A stretch of 64,000 nt of DNA from a virus (IMGVR_UViG_3300034101_003783:40018-104017); one strand, 5' to 3'. Shown: positions 30,396 to 40,597, counted from the first letter of the stretch. Numbers and translations: made by a program. Notes: generated by a model from the sequence alone, not told the origin.

Positions 30396-31202
30396 ATGGA
30401 AAATAAAAATACAATATCTGTGGTTTTACCTATAAAATCTGGTAAAGTTAGAAATTTTGAGGATTACTTTAACAAATGTATCACCTCTGTCAAAAATCAA
30501 AAAGAATACATAAATGAATTAATAATAGTTTATTGTGACGAAACTTCTTTGGTTGATCATATTAATTCTTATGATTTTGATGGTTTAAATGTTGTTAAAT
30601 TACTTTGGGAAAAAGATCCTAATTTTGCAGATCAAATTAATTTTGGTGTTTCGTCTTCAAATTCTGAATGGGTCTCATTTTTAGAATTTGACGATGAGTA
30701 CTCAAACATATGGTTTAAAAATGCAAAAAAATATATGGATATTTATAAAAATGTTGGTGTATTTTTACCAATAGTTGTCGATGTTAACGAACAAGGGGTT
30801 TTTGTTGGGTTTACAAATGAAGCAACTTTTGCGGCAAATATATCACAAGAGCTAGGACTTTTAACTAATGAAACATTACTTAATTATCAAAATTTTCAAT
30901 TTTCAGGAATTTTAGTTAAAAAAGAAGAGTTTATTAATAATGGTAGTTTAAAAAACAACATAAAACTAACTTTTGGATATGAGTTCTTTTTAAGATTAAC
31001 TCAGAATTCTGTTAAAATTATGAGTATCCCTAAAATTGGTTATAAACATGTCAACCTTAGAGAGGGTTCTATATTTTGGAATTATAAAAATGGGGATGAA
31101 AGACTAAGTGAGGATGAAGTTAAGTTTTGGATAGATTCTGCTAAAAAAGAATTTTTCTATATTAAACAAAGAGAAATAAAATATGAACCCCAAGAGGTTT
31201 AA
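30396..31202 (+). CDS. Glycosyltransferase family 2
   Basis: ISVVLPI, QINFGV and SFLEFDDEY motifs. Confidence 0.75.
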   Translation: MENKNTISVVLPIKSGKVRNFEDYFNKCITSVKNQKEYINELIIVYCDETSLVDHINSYDFDGLNVVKLLWEKDPNFADQINFGVSSSNSEWVSFLEFDDEYSNIWFKNAKKYMDIYKNVGVFLPIVVDVNEQGVFVGFTNEATFAANISQELGLLTNETLLNYQNFQFSGILVKKEEFINNGSLKNNIKLTFGYEFFLRLTQNSVKIMSIPKIGYKHVNLREGSIFWNYKNGDERLSEDEVKFWIDSAKKEFFYIKQREIKYEPQEV

Positions 31203-31951
31203 TGAATTTAGAAACTAATTTAAACGAAGAAACGAATGAAAAGAAAAAGAAGGGAAGAAAACCTAAGTTAAATAATTATTTTGATGAGCCAGAAGAAAAT
31301 GCGGTTAGGATGTATCTAACCGCAACCACAATGGATGAAAAGAATAAAATTTATAATGATTATTTAAGATTTCCCTTAGACAAAATGATATCGTCAATAA
31401 TAAGACGATATAAATTATATAGAAAAGATATGAACTTTGAGGAAATTCATATTGATACTCATTCATTTTTGATGACTAAAATTGATAAGTTTAAGCCATC
31501 AAAAGAAAAAAAAGCATATTCTTATTTTGGAACTATATGTAAAAACTATCTTATGGGTCAGATTTTAAAAGATCAAAAAGATATGAATCGTAAAGTTTCT
31601 TATGAGGACATTTCGGCGGATTTACATAACGCCCCTGATATGATTTATCACATTGATAATGATGATGTATCTACAGAAGAAATAATAAATAAATTTATTA
31701 TTAAATTAGGTGATTCTATGGATGAAAAAAATATTAATGAACAAGAAGTTAAGTTAGGTCAGGCTCTTATGGAAATTTTTAAAAATTATAATAATATATT
31801 TGTTGACGATACAAACAATAACAAATTTAACAAAAACGTTGTTTTGTTTGAAATAAGGGAAATGACTAATTTATCAACTAAAGAAATACGTAATTCCCTT
31901 AAAAGATATAAAAAAATATATCAAGAAATTATAAATGATCTTTTAAAATAA
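31202..31951 (+). CDS. T4 gp55-like late sigma factor
   Basis: NYF...KIDKFKPSK.KKAYSYFGTICKNYL matches the gp55 region-2 pattern (..NFDP.K..NPFAYFT.I..N). Confidence 0.7.
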   Translation: MNLETNLNEETNEKKKKGRKPKLNNYFDEPEENAVRMYLTATTMDEKNKIYNDYLRFPLDKMISSIIRRYKLYRKDMNFEEIHIDTHSFLMTKIDKFKPSKEKKAYSYFGTICKNYLMGQILKDQKDMNRKVSYEDISADLHNAPDMIYHIDNDDVSTEEIINKFIIKLGDSMDEKNINEQEVKLGQALMEIFKNYNNIFVDDTNNNKFNKNVVLFEIREMTNLSTKEIRNSLKRYKKIYQEIINDLLK

Positions 31952-31971
31952 AAACAAAAATATTTATTTAT

Positions 31972-32340
31972 ATGCCAAGACCACCAAAAAAAGAAATTAA
32001 TTTAAGTAAAGATTCTCTCTTATCTTTAATGCAAGAAATATATAATGAAATAGTTGAACAAAGAAATACCGCAATAAGAATACAAAATAAAATGTTAACT
32101 ATGATGAAAGAACCTGAAGATATGACTCTTATAGGTCCTGTTATTGAAAAACAACAAAAAATAATTAACGATTGTGTGGAAAAAAAATTATCTCTATCAA
32201 AATTACAAGCCCAAATATGGCAAAAGTCACAAGAAAAACAAGACAATTTTACATTGTCTGATATAGATATGGACGAAGATATTTTACAATCTTTAATAGA
32301 TAAAGATACTGATGATAAAAATTATAAACTTAAAAAATAA
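31972..32340 (+). CDS. Helical hypothetical protein (weak resemblance to small terminase architecture)
   Basis: Two long amphipathic helices. TATTTAT upstream. Confidence 0.5.
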   Translation: MPRPPKKEINLSKDSLLSLMQEIYNEIVEQRNTAIRIQNKMLTMMKEPEDMTLIGPVIEKQQKIINDCVEKKLSLSKLQAQIWQKSQEKQDNFTLSDIDMDEDILQSLIDKDTDDKNYKLKK

Positions 32341-34241
32341 TGCCGTCACAAGATTTAGATTTTAGTTATAGTGAAGTTAAAAGTAAAATTAACGCAGCTA
32401 AAACCTACAATCAAGTTAAAGAAGATATCTCCAAACTATCAAAAAAAAAAGGAGACAACGAAGAAGTTAATTCAAAAAATAATAGAAGATCAAAATCTGA
32501 AGCCAAAAAAGAAAAAAAAAGATCTCAAAAAAAACAAAAAACACAATTAGACCAATTAGTTGATATTGCTAGTTTGGCCAATAGAAAAGGATCTAATACT
32601 ATTGAATATTTAAAAAAAGTTTTTGTTAGATCTTTGGCCAATTGTAAACCTAAATTAATTGAGATTTTATTAAAAGAATCTATTAATACTATTGGTTGTA
32701 GTCAAGATCAAGAATATACCCCAGGTCAACCATTATATATTCCCGTTAGATCTATAGATTTATTATCTTTACTAAAAAAAAATCCATCTGAAGATAAAAA
32801 TAAAATACTATATGAAAAAAATTCGATAAGTGTAGGTGCAGTTCCTTTCGCAATGAATAAGGAATTATATAATAGAATACAGTCTTTAGGTACATCATTT
32901 TTTGCTCAATATGGCCAATATTATAAAGGTGGATCAGGTCAAGATCTTTTTGATATTGAATATGTTTTACAGGATGGGTCTGGTAATCCTGGTCAGTTTT
33001 TTAAAGTAACTTTACAGGCAAGATCATCAGGTATAAACAAAATATCAGAATCTTTAAAAGATTATTACTCCTCCATAGATGTTTTAGATTTTAATAATGT
33101 AATATCAATGCTTTTTGAAATACTTACAGGATTTTTATCAATACAATTTGGGTCTGGTAACCTAAAAATAGGAGACTTTTCTAAGTTTCAAATTATTCTA
33201 CAAAGAATTTTAGGTTTATGTTTTGACTCAACAAAAGAAATTGATGTTGCCGGAACATCAAAGACATCAGAGTTAGATGAGGTTGATGAATCTTTTTTTG
33301 AATTTACAAGTGTTGATTTGTTTGAAATTGAGGAAAGAATAAACAATATATATCAAAGTGTTATTGTTTTTGAGGATTGTGATAATATCAATATACCAGT
33401 TGATCCTGTTTTAATAACAGACGCTATTAATAATTTAATATTTGTATCAGGACAAACGATTGATAATGCAATAAATAACGCATCATCTGCGGTTGTTAAT
33501 CCATCAAACGACAATGGTTTTGGATTACAAATTAGTTTTGATTTAAGTCTATTAAAAAATATCCCTAAGGCTATATTATTTGCATTATTTTCACCAAAAG
33601 TATTATTACCAATAATGGTTATGTTAAAATCTTTGGGGTCATCTATAGGTGATTTAGTAAAGTCTCTAATGGACTTCGCTAAAAAGTTTTTTAGATTAGT
33701 GAGTCAAATCATGTCACAAATAGGGGCAATTTTTGTTCAAGAACTCTTTAAACTTATCAAACAAGACATACAAAATTTAATCCAAGCGATTATTTTAGAT
33801 GTAACAAAAGAAACCGCACAAACAAGACTTAGGATTATTTTAAGATTAATAGAGATTATATTAACTGTTGCTAGATTAATAAAAGATTGGCGTGAGTGTA
33901 AAGGTGTTGTTGATGAAATTTTACAATTATTAAAAATTGCGATAAGTGGATTTGGTGATACTGTACCTAAACCATTATTGGTTGCAACTAAATTACTTAG
34001 TGGATATTCTGCGTCAAGAGCATTTGTAAATTCTATTGAGGAGTATCAAAAAATAGGTTTACCTACGGGACCTATGCCAGATGGTAGTCCTAATTTGGGA
34101 TTGGCTTCCTTATTTTCACAACTAAAGGCAAACAAAAAAGAAGAAGATGAAAATAGTAAAGTTGAGGGTATAACTGGATTTGGAACTTGGCTTCCTGGTG
34201 GTATAGTTTTACCTATGAACTTAAATGGAAAAAAAATATAA
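32340..34241 (+). CDS. Hypothetical protein (putative tail/baseplate)
   Basis: 633-aa ORF with hydrophobic helical C-terminal half, upstream of the gp5-like gene. Confidence 0.6.
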   Translation: MPSQDLDFSYSEVKSKINAAKTYNQVKEDISKLSKKKGDNEEVNSKNNRRSKSEAKKEKKRSQKKQKTQLDQLVDIASLANRKGSNTIEYLKKVFVRSLANCKPKLIEILLKESINTIGCSQDQEYTPGQPLYIPVRSIDLLSLLKKNPSEDKNKILYEKNSISVGAVPFAMNKELYNRIQSLGTSFFAQYGQYYKGGSGQDLFDIEYVLQDGSGNPGQFFKVTLQARSSGINKISESLKDYYSSIDVLDFNNVISMLFEILTGFLSIQFGSGNLKIGDFSKFQIILQRILGLCFDSTKEIDVAGTSKTSELDEVDESFFEFTSVDLFEIEERINNIYQSVIVFEDCDNINIPVDPVLITDAINNLIFVSGQTIDNAINNASSAVVNPSNDNGFGLQISFDLSLLKNIPKAILFALFSPKVLLPIMVMLKSLGSSIGDLVKSLMDFAKKFFRLVSQIMSQIGAIFVQELFKLIKQDIQNLIQAIILDVTKETAQTRLRIILRLIEIILTVARLIKDWRECKGVVDEILQLLKIAISGFGDTVPKPLLVATKLLSGYSASRAFVNSIEEYQKIGLPTGPMPDGSPNLGLASLFSQLKANKKEEDENSKVEGITGFGTWLPGGIVLPMNLNGKKI

Positions 34242-34452
34242 TATGGATATTAAAGAGGTTGAAAAAATTGCTGAGATAGTAAAAGACTATAAAAACAAAT
34301 CAAATAAAGACTTAATTAAAAGTCTTGATTTTTTAAATAGTGAGTTTAATCAAACAAAAGAAAAACTAATAATGTTATCAAAATATTTAGATAAAGTGGA
34401 AAACACTTATAATATAATTTTAAAAGAACACAATAGTAGAAATGGCGGGTAA
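34225..34452 (+). CDS. Small coiled-coil protein
   Basis: 75-aa ORF overlapping both neighbours. Confidence 0.55.
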   Translation: MEKKYNMDIKEVEKIAEIVKDYKNKSNKDLIKSLDFLNSEFNQTKEKLIMLSKYLDKVENTYNIILKEHNSRNGG

Positions 34453-35971
34453 TGAAAATCAAATAATATTTCCTGGCGTTGTTATAGATAATAAAGACCC
34501 AATGGTTTTAGGTAGACTTAGAGTTAGACCTGAAGTAAAAGACTATGAAGGAGTTATAAGCACAATACAAAATTGGAATGAAGAGGTTGATCCATGGACA
34601 CAAAGAGACCCATTCGTTTTTTTACCATTACTCCCTTTTTATATCAATCAAATTCCTGAAAAAAATGAACTTGTAAATATAATTTATCAAGATAAAACTT
34701 TTGATAACTTAAATCAATATTATATTCAAGGACCATTTTCTTCGCCCCAATCAACAAATTATGAATTTTTTGAGTCTGCAAAAAAATTTACTGCTGCCGG
34801 TTCTAAAATAAAACAATCTTTGTCATTAAAAAATCAAAAAGGTGAATATAGAAATGTTAAAAGTTTTGGCGTATTTCCCGAACCAGGGGATAATTCTATT
34901 TTAGGTAGAGGTACTGCGGATATTATAGTAAAAAAAGAAGAGGTTTTATTAAGAGCGGGTAAAACAAATAGTGTTTTTGATGTTAACAAATTCCCAATTG
35001 AAAATGACAATAGGGCCTTTTTACACTTAACTAACTATAATACAAAATCAGAAAACGGTGAAGAAAGGGAAGAACAAACTATTTTTGTTGAGAGTAAACC
35101 AATTAGAAAGGTAATAGATTGGGATATTATTAATCCTGATAATACAATGGATGCCTTTACAGGGACAATTTATCTCTATAACGTACCGTATAATCTTTCG
35201 CCAGCAACAAATGTGTCTTTAGAATCTAAAGACTTTAGCGTTGTTAGTAATGTATCACAAATAGTTGGTGCCCCTGAATATTATATACAATTTATAGGTA
35301 AGACATTGAATGAGACTTATACTCTAATTAATGAATTTATAAAAGGAGTAAATGATGGTGTAATTAATATAAGTGGTTATACAATACATAATGTTTATGA
35401 TCAATTTCCATTTTATTTTAGACCAACTTTAAATACTTATGACAAATTAATTAATCTTACAGGTGCGACTCCTGTTGAGATTGATAATGTTTCAAAAATA
35501 AGTAATAAAGTTAAATTAAATGCAAATGACACACAAACTGGATATAATTTAGTTTGGGATTATAATAAAACAACAAAACCAATAAAAATTAATACTAGTA
35601 CATATATTCCTATATTATATTCCACATCACCAATAACATATTCTACTATGGGGGCTGAAAAGGTTTTTATACTTTCACATGGTACTGAAATTCCATCTAA
35701 AGGTAAAATTGATTTAACGTCAACTTTATATGGTATAAAAGAAGATAAATATACAAAAGAAATAATACCAAAAACAGACCCAATGGTAAGAGGAGATGAG
35801 TTAATGAAACTAATTAATCTTATTGTTAAATTTTTAATCTCTCACGTTCATCCGTTTCATGGGTTGTCTCCAGTCCCTGTTGGGAGAGACGGGACAAGGA
35901 CTTCAGAAATACTAGAACAATTATTAAATGCTCCAAATACAATATTAAATCAAAATATTAGAATTAATTGA
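34442..35971 (+). CDS. gp5-like baseplate hub/central spike protein
   Basis: N-terminal OB-fold signature GVVIDNKDPMVLGRLRVR, PEPGD..ILGR, and C-terminal HVH motif. Confidence 0.7.
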   Translation: MAGNENQIIFPGVVIDNKDPMVLGRLRVRPEVKDYEGVISTIQNWNEEVDPWTQRDPFVFLPLLPFYINQIPEKNELVNIIYQDKTFDNLNQYYIQGPFSSPQSTNYEFFESAKKFTAAGSKIKQSLSLKNQKGEYRNVKSFGVFPEPGDNSILGRGTADIIVKKEEVLLRAGKTNSVFDVNKFPIENDNRAFLHLTNYNTKSENGEEREEQTIFVESKPIRKVIDWDIINPDNTMDAFTGTIYLYNVPYNLSPATNVSLESKDFSVVSNVSQIVGAPEYYIQFIGKTLNETYTLINEFIKGVNDGVINISGYTIHNVYDQFPFYFRPTLNTYDKLINLTGATPVEIDNVSKISNKVKLNANDTQTGYNLVWDYNKTTKPIKINTSTYIPILYSTSPITYSTMGAEKVFILSHGTEIPSKGKIDLTSTLYGIKEDKYTKEIIPKTDPMVRGDELMKLINLIVKFLISHVHPFHGLSPVPVGRDGTRTSEILEQLLNAPNTILNQNIRIN

Positions 35972-35991
35972 TATTTATTATAAAAAAGTAA

Positions 35992-37449
35992 ATGTCAATT
36001 AATAATTCATATTTTAGTAGGAACAATACCTTAATTTCAAATAGTTTAACAAATACAGGTAGAAACCCTGTAGTTGAGCTATTTTATGGTAATGATACTT
36101 TATTAAACCCAAAAGGATTTAGTAGATTTATTTTTGATCTTGATTTAACTCTTTTAAAAGAAAAATATAATAACGGTTTTATAAATCCTTTATGTGTAAA
36201 TGTTAAACATACTTTACGCATGACAAATACGTGTTTTTTTAATAAAGATTTTTTAAATGAAAAAACATCTCAAGGAAGGTTAAGAGCCACTTCTTTTGAT
36301 TTAATATTATTTAGAATTCCATATGTTGATTTAGATCCTAATAAACCACAAAAATGGGATGAAGGTGTTGGTTATGACTATGCCGACATTATGTCCTCAG
36401 TACCAAACGATAAAAATTTTTCAGATAGACCATCTAATTGGTATCAAACAACAACAATAGATTTTTGGGAAGAGCCTGGAATTTATAATAATTTAAATAC
36501 AGGATTAACCCCTTATTCTGCTTTAACCATAATTGATCAACAACATTTTGAATTTGGGGATGAGGATATTGAATTTGATATGACCGAAGAGATCAACTCA
36601 TTATTGAAAGGGGATTTAATTAATCCTGTTGGTTGGGGGGTTGCGTTTTTACCTCAAGTTGAAAATTTATCGGGGACTACAGGGATGTATTCTGTAGGTT
36701 TCTTTTCAAGACACACTCAGACTTTTTATGAACCATTTTTAGAAACATCTTATAATGATCTAATAGAAGATGATAGAAATAATTTTACACTAGGTAAAAC
36801 TAACAAATTGTATTTATACATTTATCAAGACGGAGATTTCCAAAACTTAGACGAATTACCAAAAGTAACAATTTCAGATTCTTCTGGAGATCCCATACAA
36901 GGGTTAATTAATATTCAGTCATGTCAAAAAACAAAAGGAGTTTATGAAGTTATAATACCACCATTAATTGGATATAAAACTCCTTGTATATTTAATGACA
37001 CATGGTCAAATATTAAATTAAATGGTTTTAATTTACCAGATGTGTATAATGATTTTACAATATACCCAATACAAAAATCTATACAAATAGGAACATCAAC
37101 AAACTCACCATCTGTTTATGGGTTTGATTATTATGGTATTAAACAAGATGAAATGATATTAAACACTGATGTTAGAAAAGTTGGGGTTATTGTAAAACAG
37201 GCTTACACAACAAATAAACAACTACCTAATGTTGATGTTTATTATCGTATTTATGTAAGGGAAGGAACGACAGAAGTTCAAGTTCAAGATTGGACAAAAA
37301 TAAATAGAACACCAAACGAGTATTATTTCATATTCGATACAAGAGATAAAATACCAAATGAATATTTTATCGATATAAAAGTAATTTCATCTGGTGAGAT
37401 AAATTCTTATAAGAAACAGATTAAGTTTCAAATAGTTAATAAAAAATAA
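35992..37449 (+). CDS. Putative virion structural protein
   Basis: 485-aa beta-rich ORF (WDEGVGYD). TATTTAT upstream. Confidence 0.6.
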   Translation: MSINNSYFSRNNTLISNSLTNTGRNPVVELFYGNDTLLNPKGFSRFIFDLDLTLLKEKYNNGFINPLCVNVKHTLRMTNTCFFNKDFLNEKTSQGRLRATSFDLILFRIPYVDLDPNKPQKWDEGVGYDYADIMSSVPNDKNFSDRPSNWYQTTTIDFWEEPGIYNNLNTGLTPYSALTIIDQQHFEFGDEDIEFDMTEEINSLLKGDLINPVGWGVAFLPQVENLSGTTGMYSVGFFSRHTQTFYEPFLETSYNDLIEDDRNNFTLGKTNKLYLYIYQDGDFQNLDELPKVTISDSSGDPIQGLINIQSCQKTKGVYEVIIPPLIGYKTPCIFNDTWSNIKLNGFNLPDVYNDFTIYPIQKSIQIGTSTNSPSVYGFDYYGIKQDEMILNTDVRKVGVIVKQAYTTNKQLPNVDVYYRIYVREGTTEVQVQDWTKINRTPNEYYFIFDTRDKIPNEYFIDIKVISSGEINSYKKQIKFQIVNKK

Positions 37450-37461
37450 AAATAATATAAA

Positions 37462-38073
37462 ATGGCAAATTATCTTATAAGAAGTTGTGATAATGTAACA
37501 GAATATGTTGTAGATCCAGGAATAAATGTTATTGCAATTGGGGAATTATATTTCTTTACGTTTACAGGTGAAACACTCCCAATTTGTGGTACTGTAATAT
37601 CTGAAGACTCAGGAAGTATAAACGAAGGATTAAATAGTGTAACACCGTACAATAATTGTTTAGAATGTCTACAAGATAATAATTTTTCTTTTCTTGTGAC
37701 AGGATGTACAATACCTACTGATGGTCCTGTTGTTGCAACTGACTTTACAGTATTTCCTTTAGGCCTTTATTATAGTTTATGTCCTCCTCCTGAATTTGAG
37801 TTTAACGAATGTCTGTGTTTTTACGTGTATGATATAGTATATGATGCGGATCCATTCTCATTTGAGAATTATGGACCTTTCACTTCTTGTTTATGTGAAT
37901 CACCGAGAAGTGCAAACACAGAAGTTGATATGTGTTTAGAAATATGTACTCCTGAAGGTAATACCGTTGTAAGCGTAAATCCACCTCATCCAGAATGGAC
38001 AGACGGCTATGGTACCCAAGTAACACAATTAAATATGATTACTTTAGGTGGTCAAAACGGATTAAATAATTAA
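37462..38073 (+). CDS. Cys-rich acidic putative virion protein, paralog A
   Basis: C-terminal 56 aa identical to the next ORF. Confidence 0.7.
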   Translation: MANYLIRSCDNVTEYVVDPGINVIAIGELYFFTFTGETLPICGTVISEDSGSINEGLNSVTPYNNCLECLQDNNFSFLVTGCTIPTDGPVVATDFTVFPLGLYYSLCPPPEFEFNECLCFYVYDIVYDADPFSFENYGPFTSCLCESPRSANTEVDMCLEICTPEGNTVVSVNPPHPEWTDGYGTQVTQLNMITLGGQNGLNN

Positions 38074-38479
38074 TGTTAATATTTATAATAAAAAAGGAAA
38101 ATGGTAAAATATATTGTAGAAGGTTGTTCAGATGGTTTAGAGTATATAGTATCGGCATCCACAGTGCTATCACCCCTTCAGGTTATTGATTTTAACTTTG
38201 GAGAAGATACACCAATTTGTGGTACAGTTATATCTGAAACTGATCTTGAGCCCATACCGTTATACACTTATTTAAATTCTTATACTGGTTGTTTATCTTG
38301 TGAACCACCGAGAAGTGCAAACACAGAAGTTGATATGTGTTTAGAAATATGTACTCCTGAAGGTAATACCGTTGTAAGCGTAAATCCACCTCATCCAGAA
38401 TGGACAGACGGCTATGGTACCCAAGTAACACAATTAAATATGATTACTTTAGGTGGTCAAAACGGATTAAATAATTAAT
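37901..38479 (+). repeat. 174-bp exact direct repeat (37901-38074 and 38306-38479)
   Basis: Base-by-base comparison found no mismatches. Period 405 bp. Confidence 0.95.
38101..38478 (+). CDS. Cys-rich acidic putative virion protein, paralog B
   Basis: Diverged N-terminus (PICGTVISE shared) and identical C-terminus. Has its own TATTTAT. Confidence 0.7.
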   Translation: MVKYIVEGCSDGLEYIVSASTVLSPLQVIDFNFGEDTPICGTVISETDLEPIPLYTYLNSYTGCLSCEPPRSANTEVDMCLEICTPEGNTVVSVNPPHPEWTDGYGTQVTQLNMITLGGQNGLNN

Positions 38480-38480
38480 T

Positions 38481-38957
38481 ATGAATAGAATCACTTCAAG
38501 AGAAATAAATTCATTAGTAAGAAAGATTGTTAATGAATCACAAAGAGAAAACAAAAGATATATGTTTTTCTCAAATTTACAACAGATGAGAAGACAATGT
38601 GATCTTCTTTTAGATTTAGATGAATCTATGGTTGAGGGCATTTTAGAGAATGGTCATGATTGGGCTCAAGATCATATCGCCGAAGCAAAAAACAATATGG
38701 ATCAGGTATTTGATTTTATTATGAATGAATCAAAAAAAGAGGGTATGGAAATGTCTATGTCTGTTGATGATAAAGATATGATGATGGAGGGTAGAAAAAA
38801 ATCAGGAACAAAACTATGTGCAAGGGGAAAGGCGGCGGCAAAGGCTAAATATGACGTTTACCCAAGCGCATATGCCAATGGTTATGCGGTACAAGTTTGT
38901 AAAGGTAAACAACCTGGTTTAGACGGTAAAAAACGTTGTTCTGGAGTTTATTGTTAA
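38481..38957 (+). CDS. Putative internal head protein with basic C-terminal domain (DUF5872-like)
   Basis: N-terminal LVRKIVNE. C-terminal AKAKYDVYPSAYANG with Cys residues. Confidence 0.6.
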   Translation: MNRITSREINSLVRKIVNESQRENKRYMFFSNLQQMRRQCDLLLDLDESMVEGILENGHDWAQDHIAEAKNNMDQVFDFIMNESKKEGMEMSMSVDDKDMMMEGRKKSGTKLCARGKAAAKAKYDVYPSAYANGYAVQVCKGKQPGLDGKKRCSGVYC

Positions 38958-38970
38958 AATATTATATTTG

Positions 38971-39002
38971 TTTGTTTTTATTTTTTATTTTACATATCTT
39001 TG
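38971..39002 (+). promoter_or_regulatory. Bacteroidota sigmaA-type promoter
   Basis: TTTG (38971-74), 20-nt spacer, TATCTTTG (38995-39002). Confidence 0.7.
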
Positions 39003-39018
39003 TAAAAAAAAGTAAATA

Positions 39019-39465
39019 ATGAAAAAAAGAATTATAAGATTTTTCCGTAGACTTAAATTAAAATTTTATTTGTGGGGTAGAAAAAAAAATAATGAAATTA
39101 TACCAACCCATGAAGATACTCCAGTGTCTTACGAAAAAACATGTTTTCAAATATGTTTAAAAGTAATTAAACATCCCGACACTAAATTTATGATTGCTCC
39201 AATGTCTAATAAACGTTACATTGAAAATAAAAAAATGGATGTTTTTATTACTATGTACGACAAAAGAGTCGATTTAACAAATCATGTTTATCACTATAAT
39301 GTTTATTTAACTAATAGGGATTGGGAAAGGATCACTTATATTTTTGATAATGAAACGGAAAAAAGACGTTTAAATTACGAAAACAATATCAATTCTCAAA
39401 TTAAAAATTCATTACATAATGTTTTAGAAAGAATTTCTAATCTCGAAAATAATTCTATTGACTAA
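39019..39465 (+). CDS. Hypothetical protein (host-promoter driven)
   Basis: 148-aa ORF downstream of the Bacteroidota promoter. Confidence 0.65.
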   Translation: MKKRIIRFFRRLKLKFYLWGRKKNNEIIPTHEDTPVSYEKTCFQICLKVIKHPDTKFMIAPMSNKRYIENKKMDVFITMYDKRVDLTNHVYHYNVYLTNRDWERITYIFDNETEKRRLNYENNINSQIKNSLHNVLERISNLENNSID

Positions 39466-40344
39466 ATTATCAATAGATTCTTTTTTAGGTTTGTAAGATG
39501 TCATTATAGGTTTTTGTCCTTTACCTGTTTGAGTATCTCTTTTTTCCGCTCTTCTTTTTTGTTGACATGCGGATCTTTTTTGTGAGTCTGACATTTTACC
39601 TGCAACACCAGCCGCTCTACATTTAGGATATGAGCCTTTATTTGTGTCAGGCCTACCACAAGGAGGGTGTTTACCATTTACCTTTCTACATATATCAACC
39701 CAAGGTCCTTTGGGTTGTGATGATCCTTTTGGTTTTTTCTTTTTACCAAACCAAACCGCCAAATCCTCACTTATTGTATGTGTATCATATGTTTCTACAT
39801 TATAAGACCCATCAGGATTTTTTTCATGAACACCCACAATTTTTTTTATATTATTCTTCATTGTTTTTTGTTTCTTTTTGTGATTAAATTCTGTATCAAC
39901 AAATTCAGTAAAAGGAGCCAGTTTACTGTCTTTCCATTTCATTAGGCCAAGTTCTAGTGGACCGTTATATAAACCTGCGGTAATTGTTGTATCCGCTTCT
40001 TTAATTGGTACAATTTTTTTATTTCTACCCGGTGTTGGGTTAATTAAATTACCATCATCATCACTAAACGTCGATAACGGGTTATTCCTCAAATAGTTGG
40101 TAGACTTTTTTGCTTTGGATTCTAATTTTTTAATTTGTTTTTTAGGGGTTCCCATATTATTATCGTAACTATCGTACTCTAAAAACGGACTATCATATTT
40201 TGAAACTTCAATAGTAAATGGGGTTAATTTATCTTTTTCAAACCTACGTATACCTTGTTGTAAGGGACCAATATAACTACCTCTACTTCCACTAGTTGAG
40301 GTTACTTCATTTATTATTTTATTTACTATGTTTTTAATATTCAT
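39424..40344 (-). CDS. Putative internal head polyprotein with DUF5872-like basic domain
   Basis: Start reassigned to 40344 (MNIKNIVNKIINE) because TATTTAT lies just upstream and this removes the overlap with 40373. C-terminal WF...WVDI...PCGR...YPKC. Confidence 0.65.
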   Translation of the reverse strand: MNIKNIVNKIINEVTSTSGSRGSYIGPLQQGIRRFEKDKLTPFTIEVSKYDSPFLEYDSYDNNMGTPKKQIKKLESKAKKSTNYLRNNPLSTFSDDDGNLINPTPGRNKKIVPIKEADTTITAGLYNGPLELGLMKWKDSKLAPFTEFVDTEFNHKKKQKTMKNNIKKIVGVHEKNPDGSYNVETYDTHTISEDLAVWFGKKKKPKGSSQPKGPWVDICRKVNGKHPPCGRPDTNKGSYPKCRAAGVAGKMSDSQKRSACQQKRRAEKRDTQTGKGQKPIMTSYKPKKESIDNLVNRIIFEIRNSF

Positions 40345-40372
40345 TATTATATAAATATAACATACAAGTATT

Positions 40373-40597
40373 ATGGAACAACAAAATGAATTATTTGGAA
40401 ATCTTTTTGGTAGTATTAATATACTTTCAGAAGAACATTTAGAAGTGATCTTAACCACCATGGATAGAGAACATGCAATATACTATTTAGTTGAGTCAGT
40501 AAAGGCAGCACACAACAGAGGATCTTTCTCTATTGGTGAAAGTGAAGTAATATCAAAATCAATTAGAATTTTATCTAGACAAGATTCAGTAGAGTAA
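40373..40597 (+). CDS. Hypothetical protein
   Basis: 74-aa ORF filling the gap between minus-strand genes. Confidence 0.6.
   Translation: MEQQNELFGNLFGSINILSEEHLEVILTTMDREHAIYYLVESVKAAHNRGSFSIGESEVISKSIRILSRQDSVE

Noticed and set aside
15372-31202. Bacterial LPS locus or giant eukaryotic virus origin of the window
   Set aside because: The island is contiguous with T4-like gp17/20/21/23/55 genes and lacks wzx/wzy. No NCLDV hallmark genes were seen.
37901-38479. DGR template/variable repeat pair
   Set aside because: The copies are identical with no adenine-specific mismatches, both are coding, and no reverse transcriptase is in the window.
40345-40461. Longer start for 39424-40461
   Set aside because: It overlaps the opposite-strand gene at 40373, and the late motif and leader pattern point to the ATG at 40344.
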